64,000 nt of DNA, taken from positions 310,001 through 374,000 of the forward strand of contig OZ374561.1 in assembly GCA_977862235.1 (NCBI GenBank), in the 5' to 3' direction. Positions 21,967 through 34,200 of the stretch are shown piece by piece; positions within the stretch are counted from its first letter, which is position 1, and every line of letters begins with the position of its first letter. The position numbers and the translations under genes were made by a program. This stretch comes from Dudresnaya verticillata (taxonomy: Eukaryota). The notes under the pieces are model-generated. The model was not told the origin of the DNA, did not search any database, and saw nothing but the letters and a program-made list of their open reading frames with translations.

Positions 21967-22422
21967 ATGCGTCCTACAAACCAGAATCAAGCTTCTGCTC
22001 ATGATTCCAATGTTAACTCAACAACAACATTCTCAAACACGTCGTTGCTAGAACGAGAGGGCTTTATCAACTTGGAAAATGATTCACACCATACCGGAGC
22101 AAGGAACACAAGTTCACCATCCACTACCTTACCGAACCCAACTGTTCCTAGTAATGTAAGGAGACGGCGTCAAGTTGATGTGCATGACCCGACATTCTTC
22201 AAACTACCGGTAGCAGAAAGATCTAGACTGCTGAGAGCTCAGCGAAATCGGGAAGCTGCACACCGTTCTCGGACTCGGAACAAGATCAAGCAAGCCGTGC
22301 TGGAAGAGGAAACCAAAAAGCAGCTTCACCTTCACAGAGAACTTGAACGTCTATTGGACTTTCTCCTTCCTGCCCTGAACCCTGCGGGCAAAGAAATTCC
22401 TCAGCATGATGAGCATTGTTGA
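21967..22422 (+). CDS. bZIP transcription factor
   Basis: Basic region RAQRNREAAHRSRTR followed by heptad-like LEEETKKQLHLHRELERLL. Confidence 0.8.
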   Translation: MRPTNQNQASAHDSNVNSTTTFSNTSLLEREGFINLENDSHHTGARNTSSPSTTLPNPTVPSNVRRRRQVDVHDPTFFKLPVAERSRLLRAQRNREAAHRSRTRNKIKQAVLEEETKKQLHLHRELERLLDFLLPALNPAGKEIPQHDEHC

Positions 22423-22764
22423 AATTGGTTGTTGGTTTTCAATCGAAAGCACACGAGCTCGTCTACTTTTGTTAAAGAAGGTTTATCCCGAGGCTTCGCT
22501 ATATTCTTTTTCAGGCGTACGGTGGTGTCACGTACCGGTACGGCAGTCAGTCCGGACTTGCCATTACCAAGGTCCCCTTCCAGTTGCTGCATTCTTGAGT
22601 GCTCCTGGAATCACAACTCATTCGATGGCCAGAAATCCCAAGCAGCTACCCTTGAATACTTCAAAATCGCTTTATGTTCGAATAAGTTATAGTTCGTAAC
22701 CCGCACTCCACCCCGTGGCGACGATGGTATCGGTGGATTTTAGCGATGCACTTCACTTCATTGA

Positions 22765-24240
22765 TTAGCCAAGCCCAAGAGCACCCAACCCTCCTTTTCC
22801 ATCCATGGACTTCGCAAGCTGCTTCATCATTTTCTCCATCCCTCCTTGACCTCCAAGCTGAGCCATCATTCTTGGGTCCATGAACTGCTGGAACGTTTGA
22901 GATGTGTTTCGCGATAGCTGATCAATGTTCATGTTCTTCTTAGACATCTTACCGACCTTACCAACAACTTTCGAGAAACGCTTGTATTCGATCAGCAGTT
23001 CTTCAACCTCTTGCGGATGCCGACCACTCCCACGAGCAATTCGCTCTTTTCGGCTTTGTGTGAAGTTCATCTTCGGTTTTTCCATCTCTTCCACAGTCAT
23101 TGAGTCCATGATATGTTGAAATCGCTTTATCCGCACAGACCCATCAACCCCATTGTTGTTCTGCATCATTTCGGACATGCGTGGAATCATCCCCATGACT
23201 TTGTTGAGGGGCCCCAGTTTTGCTATTGAGTCGAACTGATCGTACATGTCTCGTAGTGTGAAGACCCCCTCCGTGATTCTCTTGTACATTTCCATATTCT
23301 CGTGTAGCCCAGCTTCCTTAATTGTATTCACCAAACCTGACACATCCCCCATTCCCAGCAGACGCCCGACAAAGTTTTGCGTGTTGAACGCTTCGAACTC
23401 GTCGATGTGCTCTCCCGTACCTATAAACGTAATGGGTGATTCTGTTGCTGACACCGCTGAAAGAGCACCACCGCCCTTTGCGTGACCATCAAGCTTTGTG
23501 ATGATGACGGAACCTACCTTGACCTTGCCCTTAAAGGCTAAAGCTTGGTCGTATGCAGCCTGTCCTATAGCCGAGTCCATGACAAAAATGATATCATTGG
23601 GACTGACAGCTTCTGCCATTTGCTCCATTTCCGCGAACAAAGCGTCCTCCTGCTTGTGCCGTCCTGAAGTATCGACAATAATCAAGTCGTAGCCCTCTTC
23701 GCGAAAGCGGTCGACACCATCCGTGGCGATCTTCACAGGATCAGTCTCGGTGTACGACCCATAGAAAGGCACCTTTGCCTTTGTCGCATTCTGTTTCAGC
23801 TGGTCAAATGCACCTGCGCGAAATGTATCTGCACAGACGAGGCAAGTCTTCCAGCCCTTCCGCTGGTGGTGGTACGCATACTTCACGCATGAAGTGGTTT
23901 TTCCATTTCCCTGCAGCCCGACAAACATTACGACGTTGGGCTTGCCTCGCTTGAGCTGCGCAGGTCTTGTGCCCGGGTCCAGCATAGCACAGAGCTCATC
24001 GAAGACGGCCTTCTGGATGAGCTTGCGTTTGTTAACGCCAGCAGCCAGCTCCTCCAAATTGACACGCGTTGTCACGTTCTTCCGCAGCTGCGCGACACTC
24101 TTGATGTTGACATCAGCCTCTAGTAGCGCGTGAGCGATCTCTTTCAACAGCTCCTTCAACGCGTCTTCATCGATAACCGTGGAGTTGGTCATCTTTCGCA
24201 GCGCGCCGGTAATCCGGCCGCCCAGCCCTTCCAAGACCAT
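22765..24240 (-). CDS. SRP54: Signal recognition particle 54 kDa subunit (cytosolic)
   Basis: MVL..LG..I start, GLQGNGKTT, DTSGRH, TKLDGHAKGGGA, Met-rich M domain with RIARGSG. Confidence 0.98.
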   Translation of the reverse strand: MVLEGLGGRITGALRKMTNSTVIDEDALKELLKEIAHALLEADVNIKSVAQLRKNVTTRVNLEELAAGVNKRKLIQKAVFDELCAMLDPGTRPAQLKRGKPNVVMFVGLQGNGKTTSCVKYAYHHQRKGWKTCLVCADTFRAGAFDQLKQNATKAKVPFYGSYTETDPVKIATDGVDRFREEGYDLIIVDTSGRHKQEDALFAEMEQMAEAVSPNDIIFVMDSAIGQAAYDQALAFKGKVKVGSVIITKLDGHAKGGGALSAVSATESPITFIGTGEHIDEFEAFNTQNFVGRLLGMGDVSGLVNTIKEAGLHENMEMYKRITEGVFTLRDMYDQFDSIAKLGPLNKVMGMIPRMSEMMQNNNGVDGSVRIKRFQHIMDSMTVEEMEKPKMNFTQSRKERIARGSGRHPQEVEELLIEYKRFSKVVGKVGKMSKKNMNIDQLSRNTSQTFQQFMDPRMMAQLGGQGGMEKMMKQLAKSMDGKGGLGALGLG

Positions 24241-25216
24241 GTTGGTGTCTTTGCACGCTTCTGCGCGAGACTACTTCGTATTCCCTTGACGCTGCTGGGT
24301 GGGGTCAACGAATAGCCTTTCGACAGACCTGAAAGATTAAGCAGGGCGCCCTTCCGCGAAGGAAAGATGGGCTGCTGGTGATTCCAAATGCGATTCGATT
24401 GCGTGATGAGGACGGTCTCTGCTAGAGCTGCTCAGCAACAGCTTTGAATCTTCTGCTACTGTACGCACGGAATTGCACGTGGCCTTCGAATGGGATCACT
24501 TCTCGCAACAATACGGCGAAGAGGACGGACGCCTTGTGGAACAGCAGCTTCGTGATAGATTCGCGGCAGGGAGACGGTGTCTTTGACGAAGGAGGTGTTG
24601 CATGCGCGCGGGGGCGTTGAAACCCAAAATGTCGTTCAGCGAACCTCGCCGGAGGACGTGCGGTCTGGTCTTCAGCATATGGAGAATCGTAAGCTCCTCG
24701 GGAGTGACCAAAAGATGATTGAACCTGAAACTGAAAGCAACAAAATTACAGTGCGGCAGCTACAACAATTAAAACATGTCCTGCAGACAAAAAAGGTGAC
24801 ACCATGGCGACATGATGTACCGTAGAAGATGACATGGTGCGGTAGTACAAGCGGAAATGGAAGAGCGTAGCACAGGTGACTATCGAAATCAGTAGCAAGC
24901 GCGACAAGGTGAACTGCTTAGTACCTTCTGAGGAGAGCATGTGAGCGAAGGCTACTCCAACCGCTCCGCGAGGCTCGTTATTACCGTCAAGCAGATACGC
25001 CATATTGGATTGACGCGGAGATTGAGCCCGCCAGCGAGCAGAGTCTTATAGGCCAAGCTCATCTGAGTTTGAAGAGCTGCTTGCTACCAAAAAGCCATCG
25101 CCTCACCGCAAGAATTACTGTTCGCCCAGCTCAGAAATACTGGAGCAACGTTATCACAGTGCTTTGTTCAGCAAGCTGAGAGAAGTTTTTGTCCTGCCTG
25201 AGCGCCACACACAGAG

Positions 25217-26224
25217 ATGCTTGCTGTCGCTGTACACACAGCAGCCTCCGGAAAGCGTGAGCTCACTGTTGAAGAATCCTATCCACGCCCGTCCCCCTGC
25301 AAGGGAGAGGTACTGCTTCGCGTGACGCTAGCTGGGATATGTGGAACAGATCTGGAGATCCTCTCTGGATACAAAGTGCTCCCAGAGAAGCAAGTTATAG
25401 GCCATGAATTCCTGGCAGAGATTGTTTCATACTCTTCGGACGTACCTGAGCAATCTCGGTTAAAGCCTGGTACTCGAGTTGTTGCGGAGATAAATTGCGT
25501 GGCACCCGAATCTCGCTCACACACTGCTGCTCAACGCGCACAAGATCCGTCTAGAACTTGCGTTGGTATCTTTGGCCACCAGGGTGCTTTTGCTGAGCTG
25601 CTCACTGTCCCTGTGGAAAATGTTTATGCTGTTCCTCCCAATATACCGGACGAGTCTGCGGTTTTCACAGAACCTATCGCTGCCGCCTGCCAGATAATGG
25701 AACAAATTGCAGTACCTCGCTTGGATCGCGTGGCGGTCATAGGGGCAGGCCGGCTTGGCTGGCTCGTTGTTCACGTCTTGTCTGCGTGTGGGGCGGATGT
25801 TACTGTATTGACGCGTGGACGGTGTCGCGAACGAGATCAAGGTCTGGCAGAGCGTTTTCATGTTACGTATGGTGAGATAGATGCGGGCGCGTGGACCGAT
25901 GCCTTTGATATCGTTGTGGATTGCACTGGTAGCCCATCAGGCTTGGCCACGGCAATTAACTTCACACGTCCTCGAGGGACGATTGTCCTCAAATCGACTA
26001 CCGCATCTGAGAAAGGGGAGCCAATAGACCTAACTTTTGTGGTTGTCAAGGAACTCAAAATTGTTGGTAGCCGATGCGGTCCATTTCCTGCTGCATTGCG
26101 GCTTCTGGAGAAGGGTATGGTTGATCCGAGGCCCCTTGTTGATTCCGTATTTGAAACCAAGAATGCCGTCAATGCTTTTGAAAAGGCTCGCCAAAGAGGG
26201 GTATTGAAGGTACTGCTCAAGTGA
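25217..26224 (+). CDS. Zinc-dependent medium-chain dehydrogenase/reductase
   Basis: GICGTD, GHE, EPIAAA, GAGRLG, RPRGTIVLKST, VGSRCGPF. Confidence 0.92.
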   Translation: MLAVAVHTAASGKRELTVEESYPRPSPCKGEVLLRVTLAGICGTDLEILSGYKVLPEKQVIGHEFLAEIVSYSSDVPEQSRLKPGTRVVAEINCVAPESRSHTAAQRAQDPSRTCVGIFGHQGAFAELLTVPVENVYAVPPNIPDESAVFTEPIAAACQIMEQIAVPRLDRVAVIGAGRLGWLVVHVLSACGADVTVLTRGRCRERDQGLAERFHVTYGEIDAGAWTDAFDIVVDCTGSPSGLATAINFTRPRGTIVLKSTTASEKGEPIDLTFVVVKELKIVGSRCGPFPAALRLLEKGMVDPRPLVDSVFETKNAVNAFEKARQRGVLKVLLK

Positions 26225-26239
26225 GAACGTTAATGTTTC

Positions 26240-28888
26240 AGGATTCCTACAACGATATCAATATTCCCTCGGTAGGCACAGCACGCCAATGGCACACTGT
26301 TAGGGAACACTAGTCACCCCCTTTCAAGGGCAATTCTGTTTCGATTCGCTGCCTCAGAAACAGGAGCACGACGTTCTTCATTGATACTTCCACCTCTTTT
26401 TGATGTCTCCTTGAACCATGTAAATGTCACCTAACAAGACGAACAATCTTGCATTCTGGACCGGAGTCATTACAGACGTGAGGAGATGCCCATTGCACTT
26501 GCTCTGCATTTGAGTTAGTTACAACCCTAGCAGCACATCCATTGACTGGGCTGTAGAGTAGCTCGCAGGTGCTGCACAGCTTGAATTCGCTCCCTCGCAA
26601 GAAGAACTGTCGAGGGTATATGGCGTGTCCACTTCTCCCCCCAATGCCGAGAGAAAGGCCTTATTTCGCGAACTCCAGAAACTCTTCAGATCCCAACATT
26701 AATCGAAGTTTGGTCAATGTTACATCCATGTGTCCTCCTGTCCGAAAACATCGCAAACGGCTCTCCAGTTGGACATGGTCTGTGGTAGTTCTGAAGCTGT
26801 ACGTCGCGTGTCCCCAGCTGTCGTTGTAGATCGAAATCGCGAGCATTCTGGGTTCCAGTTTCGCCACGGAGATGTTGACTTGGTCCTGGCTAACGGAACA
26901 GTAGTCTATCTCCTCTTCCACATCGAGAAGAATTTCACTTGCTCGGCTTCCAGTTGTTCGCTCTGTTACTGACAGGGACTTCAACTTTCTGTAGGTCAGA
27001 TTCAGCTTTTAGTATCCTAGATATGCTGCACTTGCTCTTTGCAAGGGGCAAATTGAGGACGAGTTCTCTCTCAACTTCTCTCCCGCCCTCTCGCAAGCAC
27101 AGAACATCACTCTCGGCTATAAACACTTCCTCACCGGCAACTTCACCTCTGTTCACTCTTTCAATTCTTGTCCCATAGATCATGAAGGAACTCCCTTCAA
27201 ACCTAAACCCACTCATCTCTCCCTCTTTCCCCACTTAGTTCTCATACCGCAGTGTCTATTGAAAATGCTGCCGCAGCGCCTGAATCTCGGAGGCGTTTGT
27301 CCGTGGAATCTGACGTCCCATACGCAGTATCCCCTCTGCCATTCCCTGACTCTCCTGAGATCATTTGCGATAGGTGCTCGGGATTCAGAGCCAAGAACAT
27401 GGTACGGATAATCCAAGCGTGAAGGATTGGCCTTCAAGAACACTATCTCGCCTTTCTCCATGAAACAGAAAGTTTTCAATCCTGTGTTGCCTATGAACTC
27501 TGTTATTCCATTTCGCACCAACAGCCATCCAGCAGCCTTTGCCAATGCCAAGAGGCAGGATGCGTCTTTCCTTGCTAGCTCAATTCGAATAAAAGGGGAT
27601 TGCTGATGTTATCTGTTCCGCTGAATGCTAGTTGAGGGCAGGCTGCGGACCCACGCGATCTCTTCTAAAGGCGATGGTTGAAACGAGTCGCTACTAATGT
27701 CCAAACGTGCTCTCTGCCGCAGTCTCACGGTCTGTGCTTTCGCCCACTGGCTGGACTCGCAGAACGATGCAAGGTACGCATAGTCGTTGTGCTCCAAAAT
27801 ATCCGGTGTCCACAGCAACACAGATCCAAGACATTCCCGAACGGAATCATAAACACTGGTCCCAGATCCAGGAAGATAGCCAGAATTCCTGCCCACCGCA
27901 GCACCCAAGAGGCTGTCATCCGGAAACATCAGGAGCTCCGATAGAGAGCGAACAAGGTCTTTCGAAGAATGTATGCCATGCGCGCTCATTGCAAGCGAAG
28001 TTTCAACCCATATCCAAGGCCCTCAAAGCGTACGGCAGAAATCCCCTTTGGTACCACGAGCCACTCTCTTGAAACCTGTGCTGATTCGGGTCTACCCACA
28101 CCCTGACCACAGTATCCTTAGTTACAAAAGGCATTCACAGCACAGTCTGAGACAGAAGACCCGCAGTCTCACTGCTCACCGTACCCTCACCATCAAACCG
28201 GTCCGCATGGCGATACGACATAGAAACATGTAATACATGTGCCTCTGCCGGGGCATCCTCATCATCCCCGCGCACACATAGTCGCTTCCCAGCCCGCAGT
28301 AACTCTCCAACAAAGGCCTCACAGACATTGAAAGCTTCCCCGTCAACCCATGTGCGACGGTTCGCAATAAGTCTGGGTTCTCCACATATGTCTCCTGGTA
28401 ACAGGCTCGTTGTGCGTGGAACGGGTCGCCGTCCGGGGTTGCCTTGCGTAACATGTCCTGCAGTCTGCGCGGCATCGCGGAGATGGCCCAGTGCTCCGGC
28501 CAGCTCAAGTTGTCCTCGCCCTCCAGTGCAGCAACTTCGCAGGCCAGCTCAACTTTCCAGCTCACCCGAGGCGGGATCCGAGCCGCAATACGGGCGGAGA
28601 CTGTGCTCGCTTGCAACTCACCGCGCTGCAGCTCTCGGAGGCTCTGTAGCTCGAGCAGGTTCCGTTTCGGCGTTCGGTGCAGCTGCGACACGGGCGGCGA
28701 TGTTGACGACGACTGGATTCCCAATCTGACAGAAGCAATCAATGGCTTTTGCGTTGTCGGTGACGCACAGTCAGGAAGAGTCCAACATACGTGATCTACG
28801 CGACCTCAGTGGGAGCTCTTGCTCACGTCCCAATGAATCGAATTGGCTTCATCCGGGAAGGAGCCCGCAAAGAGCACGAGATAGCCAT
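26240..28888 (-). pseudogene. Decayed large gene, fragments in several frames, family uncertain
   Basis: Chain of abutting minus-strand ORFs (28176-28742, 27609-27989, 27213-27551, 26935-27234, 26661-26984). Protein-like sequence continues through single stops and frameshifts. Boundaries approximate. Confidence 0.55.
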
Positions 28889-29346
28889 GGCCAGAACCGA
28901 CAGGATGTGACCAAACCCAAAGCATAACCGGCAGGGTCCGCGACTTAAGGTAATCGCGGGATAGAGAAGATCAACCAGAGAGTCTTCGAATACAGACCTG
29001 TAGGTCGGTACAGTACCTGTCTGACCTAGCGCGAGGCCCCCAATAAAGCTCGAATCACGTACCTGTCTGAGAGAACTGCGGTCAGGTTCCGACCAGAAAT
29101 TCCAGCGATGTAGGATAACAAAAAGCTTACAGTTCTACCCGAATATTTACAGCGATACGTTCAGACTATGCAATTTCTATTGGACACCGCGAGCTGGTAA
29201 GATCCACGAGGTCGCACCCTAGCTACAATCAGGAACCCTCTCCAGTTGTGTCCCCTCTCAACCCCTCGTGTCCCTAGCACACCGTGTTCGTGAACGACCT
29301 TGCCACGCAGGTTCGTCCCTCTCAACACAAACCAATCTCAGGCATC

Positions 29347-29769
29347 ATGTTCGGAGTGTTAGGTACCGCAGCGGGCGTTTCGGCCGCACCGGTGGCTTTG
29401 AAGGCAGTGGGCGAGTTGCACCGAATGGTGTTGCAGAGCAACGTGCTGGCTCGGCAGGGTGAGGGCGTCCCCGCGAAACGCGGCGAAGGTGAGAAGATTG
29501 CGCGGCAGCGCACTGCCGGATTGAAGAGTGGTGTTGGCAAGTCGGAGCCCCAGTACATGGGTAAAGTCCCTTCGCAGCCCATCACGGGCGACCTGCGCAA
29601 GGACTACGAGGTCGGCGGTCTTGGAAATGCTACCTCCTCCAAGGGAATATTGACCGATATTCTGGATAAGGTCCCCCGTCAGGTGCATGGGACTAAGGAG
29701 TATAAGAGGGCCAATCGTCCGCAACCTGGCCGGGCTGCTGGCTTTGGTAACCAGTCCTTTACCCCATGA
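29347..29769 (+). CDS. Hypothetical basic protein (140 aa)
   Basis: ATG-started ORF, GC-rich third positions, sharp compositional change after the stop. No family recognised. Confidence 0.6.
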   Translation: MFGVLGTAAGVSAAPVALKAVGELHRMVLQSNVLARQGEGVPAKRGEGEKIARQRTAGLKSGVGKSEPQYMGKVPSQPITGDLRKDYEVGGLGNATSSKGILTDILDKVPRQVHGTKEYKRANRPQPGRAAGFGNQSFTP

Positions 29770-30016
29770 TAGATATGGCGAAGTTTCAACGGGTGGGTAC
29801 GTTCTGGAGCGACGTGAAGGTTGGAATGCGTTGCGTTTCGTTTTCGTTAGGAGCTTGTGAGTCACAACAAGGCGGCAACGTCCCTAACTGTGTGAAAAGA
29901 GCGTTTAGTTGTAAAAGGCTGTCATGTTTTTGAGTCGACTCCATTTGTACAGGATCATGTCGTTCGCGTGTTGGTACCGTTAGTAGGCCATGCTGCTCTA
30001 TTGATCGCCTTCATTT

Positions 30017-31210
30017 CTAATAAGATCTCCTTGGAGTACTTCCTCGTGACCCTGGCGTTCTTGACACACTTCCGGGATTCAGATAGGGTGAAGAGGCGTT
30101 TCCATCGAATCCAGGTGACGTACGCGACGAAGTCGGCGTGAATCCATACTTCTCCGACGGGTTTGGGGGCGTTGGAGCCGCGTTGCCTCCCGGTGAGGAC
30201 ATATAAAACACAACGAGGGCACCGGTGGCTAGGGAAATCACGCACAGAGTAAACACCCCTAAGATGCTCGTCCCATCATCGGAACGCACAATGATTCGCT
30301 CTCGTTGGCCCTTCCCAACCCCGAAGGACCCGGCAGAAGAGAGCTTTCCTTGCAAAGTTTCAATCGAGCGCCTCAACATGTTTCTTTCGTCTGACAAGGA
30401 ATCTCGTCCCTTGATCGCTTCTTTCAGTCGTCTCTCCAAATCCGAAGTCTGGCGGCGAAGGCCATCGACAGCAGCGCTATGGTATCCACCCGAAAAGTCA
30501 CGCTCTGCCTCCCTAACCACAGACGTTAGGGATTCGATTTCACTTCTCCACTCGGAGAACCCGCTCTGTGCGTCGCCAACCATTGACAAAAGACGCCCTA
30601 GAATTTTCGTGCGCTCAGTGACTACAACGAGTAGCTCCTGCAGCCGTTCTGCAACCAGCTCATACTTCTGCGTCTCATTAGACACAGCCGAAGCCCAGTG
30701 CAGCTTATCTTGGAGATCACGAGCCTGGGTTTCAAGAGCCTCCCGCCTTGAACGCTCGGCCTTAATCTCAGTCTCAAGCGTTGCTGAAGCATCGTTGCTC
30801 TTCGCAACGCGGAGCTTAAGTTCCTCAATTTCCTTCAAGTTGACACTGATCTCCTCCTGGAGTTCGTTAACCTTCGCCTCCGCTTTCTTCTGAGAGACGC
30901 GCACCTTCTCAACGACATCACCGCATTGGTCGCGCCCAAGCAAGTCGACGGTCTTCCAGACCTCCATGAGAGTAGAATGGATCTCATTCTTCGCTCGGGA
31001 GGCGTCGCCCGACACGGCATCTAAACGTGATATCAGATCCGATACTTTTCCTTCCGCATTTGCAAGCTTGTTCTTAATGGTCAGCGTCTCAGTTGTCTGC
31101 GTTTGGCGCTTAAAGAACTGAGTTTCCGCTTCCTTGGCAGCGACAGTTGAGGCAAAAAAAACTGCGGCAATTATACAATACGCGCCGCGCAGAGAGCAGA
31201 AATGCGTCAT
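30017..31210 (-). CDS. Type I membrane protein with long coiled coil
   Basis: Signal-like AYCIIAAVFFASTVAA, about 270 aa of heptad-rich sequence, one TM segment (ILGVFTLCVISLATGALVVFY), Ser/Thr-Pro-rich tail. Confidence 0.8.
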   Translation of the reverse strand: MTHFCSLRGAYCIIAAVFFASTVAAKEAETQFFKRQTQTTETLTIKNKLANAEGKVSDLISRLDAVSGDASRAKNEIHSTLMEVWKTVDLLGRDQCGDVVEKVRVSQKKAEAKVNELQEEISVNLKEIEELKLRVAKSNDASATLETEIKAERSRREALETQARDLQDKLHWASAVSNETQKYELVAERLQELLVVVTERTKILGRLLSMVGDAQSGFSEWRSEIESLTSVVREAERDFSGGYHSAAVDGLRRQTSDLERRLKEAIKGRDSLSDERNMLRRSIETLQGKLSSAGSFGVGKGQRERIIVRSDDGTSILGVFTLCVISLATGALVVFYMSSPGGNAAPTPPNPSEKYGFTPTSSRTSPGFDGNASSPYLNPGSVSRTPGSRGSTPRRSY

Positions 31211-34200
31211 GGTGTAACTGCGAGAAGAAGTTGCTTTGCGCGAGCCCGGACCAAAAAGTTTGACTGGCACACGTCGTTTCCGAAGCTGAGCCAGTGCCCA
31301 GAGCCTCGCGAACAGGGCAGAAGATATCGACGGAGCAAGGTAGAACGTTACTGAAAAAAGCGACTAAGGCCTCCTCTCCGTACTCTTGTAGCCAAGGTTG
31401 ACAGTCACCGAGTTGCTTTCGAGCCCAACAATTGTCGTGAAATGGGCGGCTGGCTTCAGGCAACACAGGGGCGAAAAGTTACCGCCAAGCGCAGTTCAAG
31501 TTCAAGTTCCGGCGACGCCCGCAGCCTGGAAAACGCGCCCCAGAAAAGGATTATATCTGGATGGACTTTCCAGCAAAAAAGATTCATAAAAAAAGGCAAA
31601 AATAAATCTCACTGGATCGACTTGTAAGTTTTACAGACGCCCGTCCAACACTGGCCAACATTACATCTCAAATGCTGAGGGCGATTGGTTTTTGAATACA
31701 GTGCACGCTCTGCTTCCGAGTTGAATACCCAGTCTCGAATTTGTTAGGAAACCTCGAATATGTCAGCACCCCTCGTTAGCTGTGACTCAATGCTAACAAT
31801 ATTGAGCCTCACTTCTTTCGCCACCCGCAGGATTGTGCTACAAGCAGCAATTAGTTCTCAAGTTTTCCTAAGGCTGGTCCTAGTCATCTTGCAGCCCACA
31901 AGCATATATATTCTCAAAAACGGCCTGAATGCATGACAAAGGCCTCGCCTCGTTCTGCTCATCAGTGTGGAGCAATAGGACTAACCTCAAGCCTTTATCA
32001 AGCAATCGCCAATCCTAACAGTACGTACGACACAGCTTCTTACATATACGAATTCATGTGGCTATTGCTACTGCATGGCCTTTCTAATTTAGAACAAATG
32101 TCTTACAAAGCTACTCATTATAGATTTACTTGAATGCTCCCGCTTCGGTATCTCAGACTAGAAATATTGAATACATTCTGTTTGCTCTACTGTTCATTTC
32201 CTAGCCTTATGCTTTGCATGCTTCTTCTCGTAATATTGAAATCGCCTACTGACATAGAAGCATTATGAAGGGGAAAGCTACAAACTGCATCCACAGGCTA
32301 CAAAAATTGAGCAAAGAACTGAATCATAGTGTTGAGTAAGATTCTGTAAGATCTTTACACGCCGCCCCTTAAGCCCAAACTTGTTTGAACATGACGTTTA
32401 TCACAGCCGTAAACGGAACCTGGCCGTTATGTAGTCTGGAGCAAAACACTGTTGTTTAGAGAAGCCACAACATGTTGTGAATCAGACTTCTACCTTCTTG
32501 AGCTTCTGAACGTAAGTAATAGCACTATCTTACCGCCTTCTGTCTTGCTGCAATTCTTTTCTACTGGGAGCAGAATGATGCAAGACCAAACAAACGGCAT
32601 AGTGATCCCCAAGATTCGAAAGCTCCTTGCATCTATGAAGCGACCAGTCAGCAATGACAGAAAGCTCGGGAGATACAGCAAGGGATTTAAAATTGGACAG
32701 TTGCAGCTCATGGATTTGATGATGGCTGATTGCCTCCAGAAACAGAGAGTCGGGGAGCCGGATCTAGACCCCTGAGTTCATCCGCCTTATTTTCGGATTG
32801 CGCACAGAGTTGCCTTCGCATCGAGCCCAGAGCTATATTGGAACATGTGGCGATCTGCTGGTCGTGGTGCTGGTCTACGAAAGCACGGGCTCGAGGCGAA
32901 GGCGAGAGTGAGGGCTACACACTCTGCGACGGTGGTTCCCCCTCGAGAGCGTTGCCTTTTCTTTCCCTTGCCTACTAAAAAGCAGCGGCGACGCTGGCCC
33001 GGCTCAAGTTCTGTAACGAGGGGTGTGACCCCGTGACGTTCTAGGGCAGATAGTTTTACCATAATATCTTCGAAGGGTGCTCAGCGGGCACCGGCACTAG
33101 CTAGGGCGCAGCGATTTCGCGCAAACCAAGAAGTCGCCAAGAAGTAAAGGCTAAAGTACAAGCTGCGTCTAAAAGCGCACGCTTATTGTGAGTATGTACC
33201 CTAGGGTGGAGGTGCGCAGAACACGAACCGTTGCCTGGCGCCCCGTAGGGGCGTCTGTAACAGGCGTGACCCCGGCGCATGCACCATGCCGAGTACCAAT
33301 GTACTACGGAGCTGAGCGTTACAAACAGTCGGAAGTCGCAGTCTTTATTACGGAAGCTGCTAGCATAATGAGAAGGAAGCCTTATTCATCTGAAAGGCCC
33401 AGACCGACTAGCAAGTTGGTGGGCAATCAGGCTTGAGTTTAAGGGCATTGGCAGTTAGGGCGACACACTCATGAGAGGGTCTTTTGACATTTTAATTTAG
33501 CAGAGACTTCAGATTGCGTTCCGATAACAGGGGTTGAGGCACATCATCATGTGGGATTCAAGGTGAGGCCATTTGAAGGCTCTGGAGGTCAGGGTTGGTG
33601 GCAGGGGACGCGTAGCAAACAGTGGTTCAGCGCGCTTCGAGAAGCGGAGGAGCAACACCTGCTGCATTCTTTGTGAGAGTAACGGCTTGACCGAAAATAA
33701 GCGGTTCTGCTCAGAGGTGTTGTACTATTCCCTGACTGTGACTACCGCCTCTAGCAAATGAAAAATTGGGATTCTTGGTGTGAAGCAATTGTATTTGCAA
33801 GAAGAGCAACATCTACTGCAGCGGCTCTGTTGTTTGCCTGCATCGTTGGAGGGTTTGATGAACGGTTGGGCGGCAACTATTTGCGTACTGGCACCGACAT
33901 CAGCAGGTGCACCGTGCTGTAAACACTGTCTCGCGAGGAAGAGAGCAGACATATGCAGATGGGCGGACAGCGGTTTTGCAGCTTGCAAATTCGAGGATGT
34001 CCGAGATGCGTCTGGCATACTACTTAAATGATGAGGCGTGAAGTTCTCGTTGCTGGATGTTGGCATCACACATTTACCAGGTTTTGGCGAACAGCCATGT
34101 ACCACGATGGGTGGTATGCAGCGTGCCCCTTTGTTTTGTGGCTGTCGCTTAGGCAGTGCCATTTGCTGCATTAACAAGATATTTGGAATGCCTCTTAGTG

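Noticed and set aside
24420..25003. Possible two-exon minus-strand gene upstream of SRP54
   Set aside because: Splice sites are plausible, but the products resemble no family; unsupported.
28960..28990. ATAGAGAAGATC resembling the U6 ACAGAGA box
   Set aside because: Mismatch in the box, and no AGC triad or internal stem-loop.
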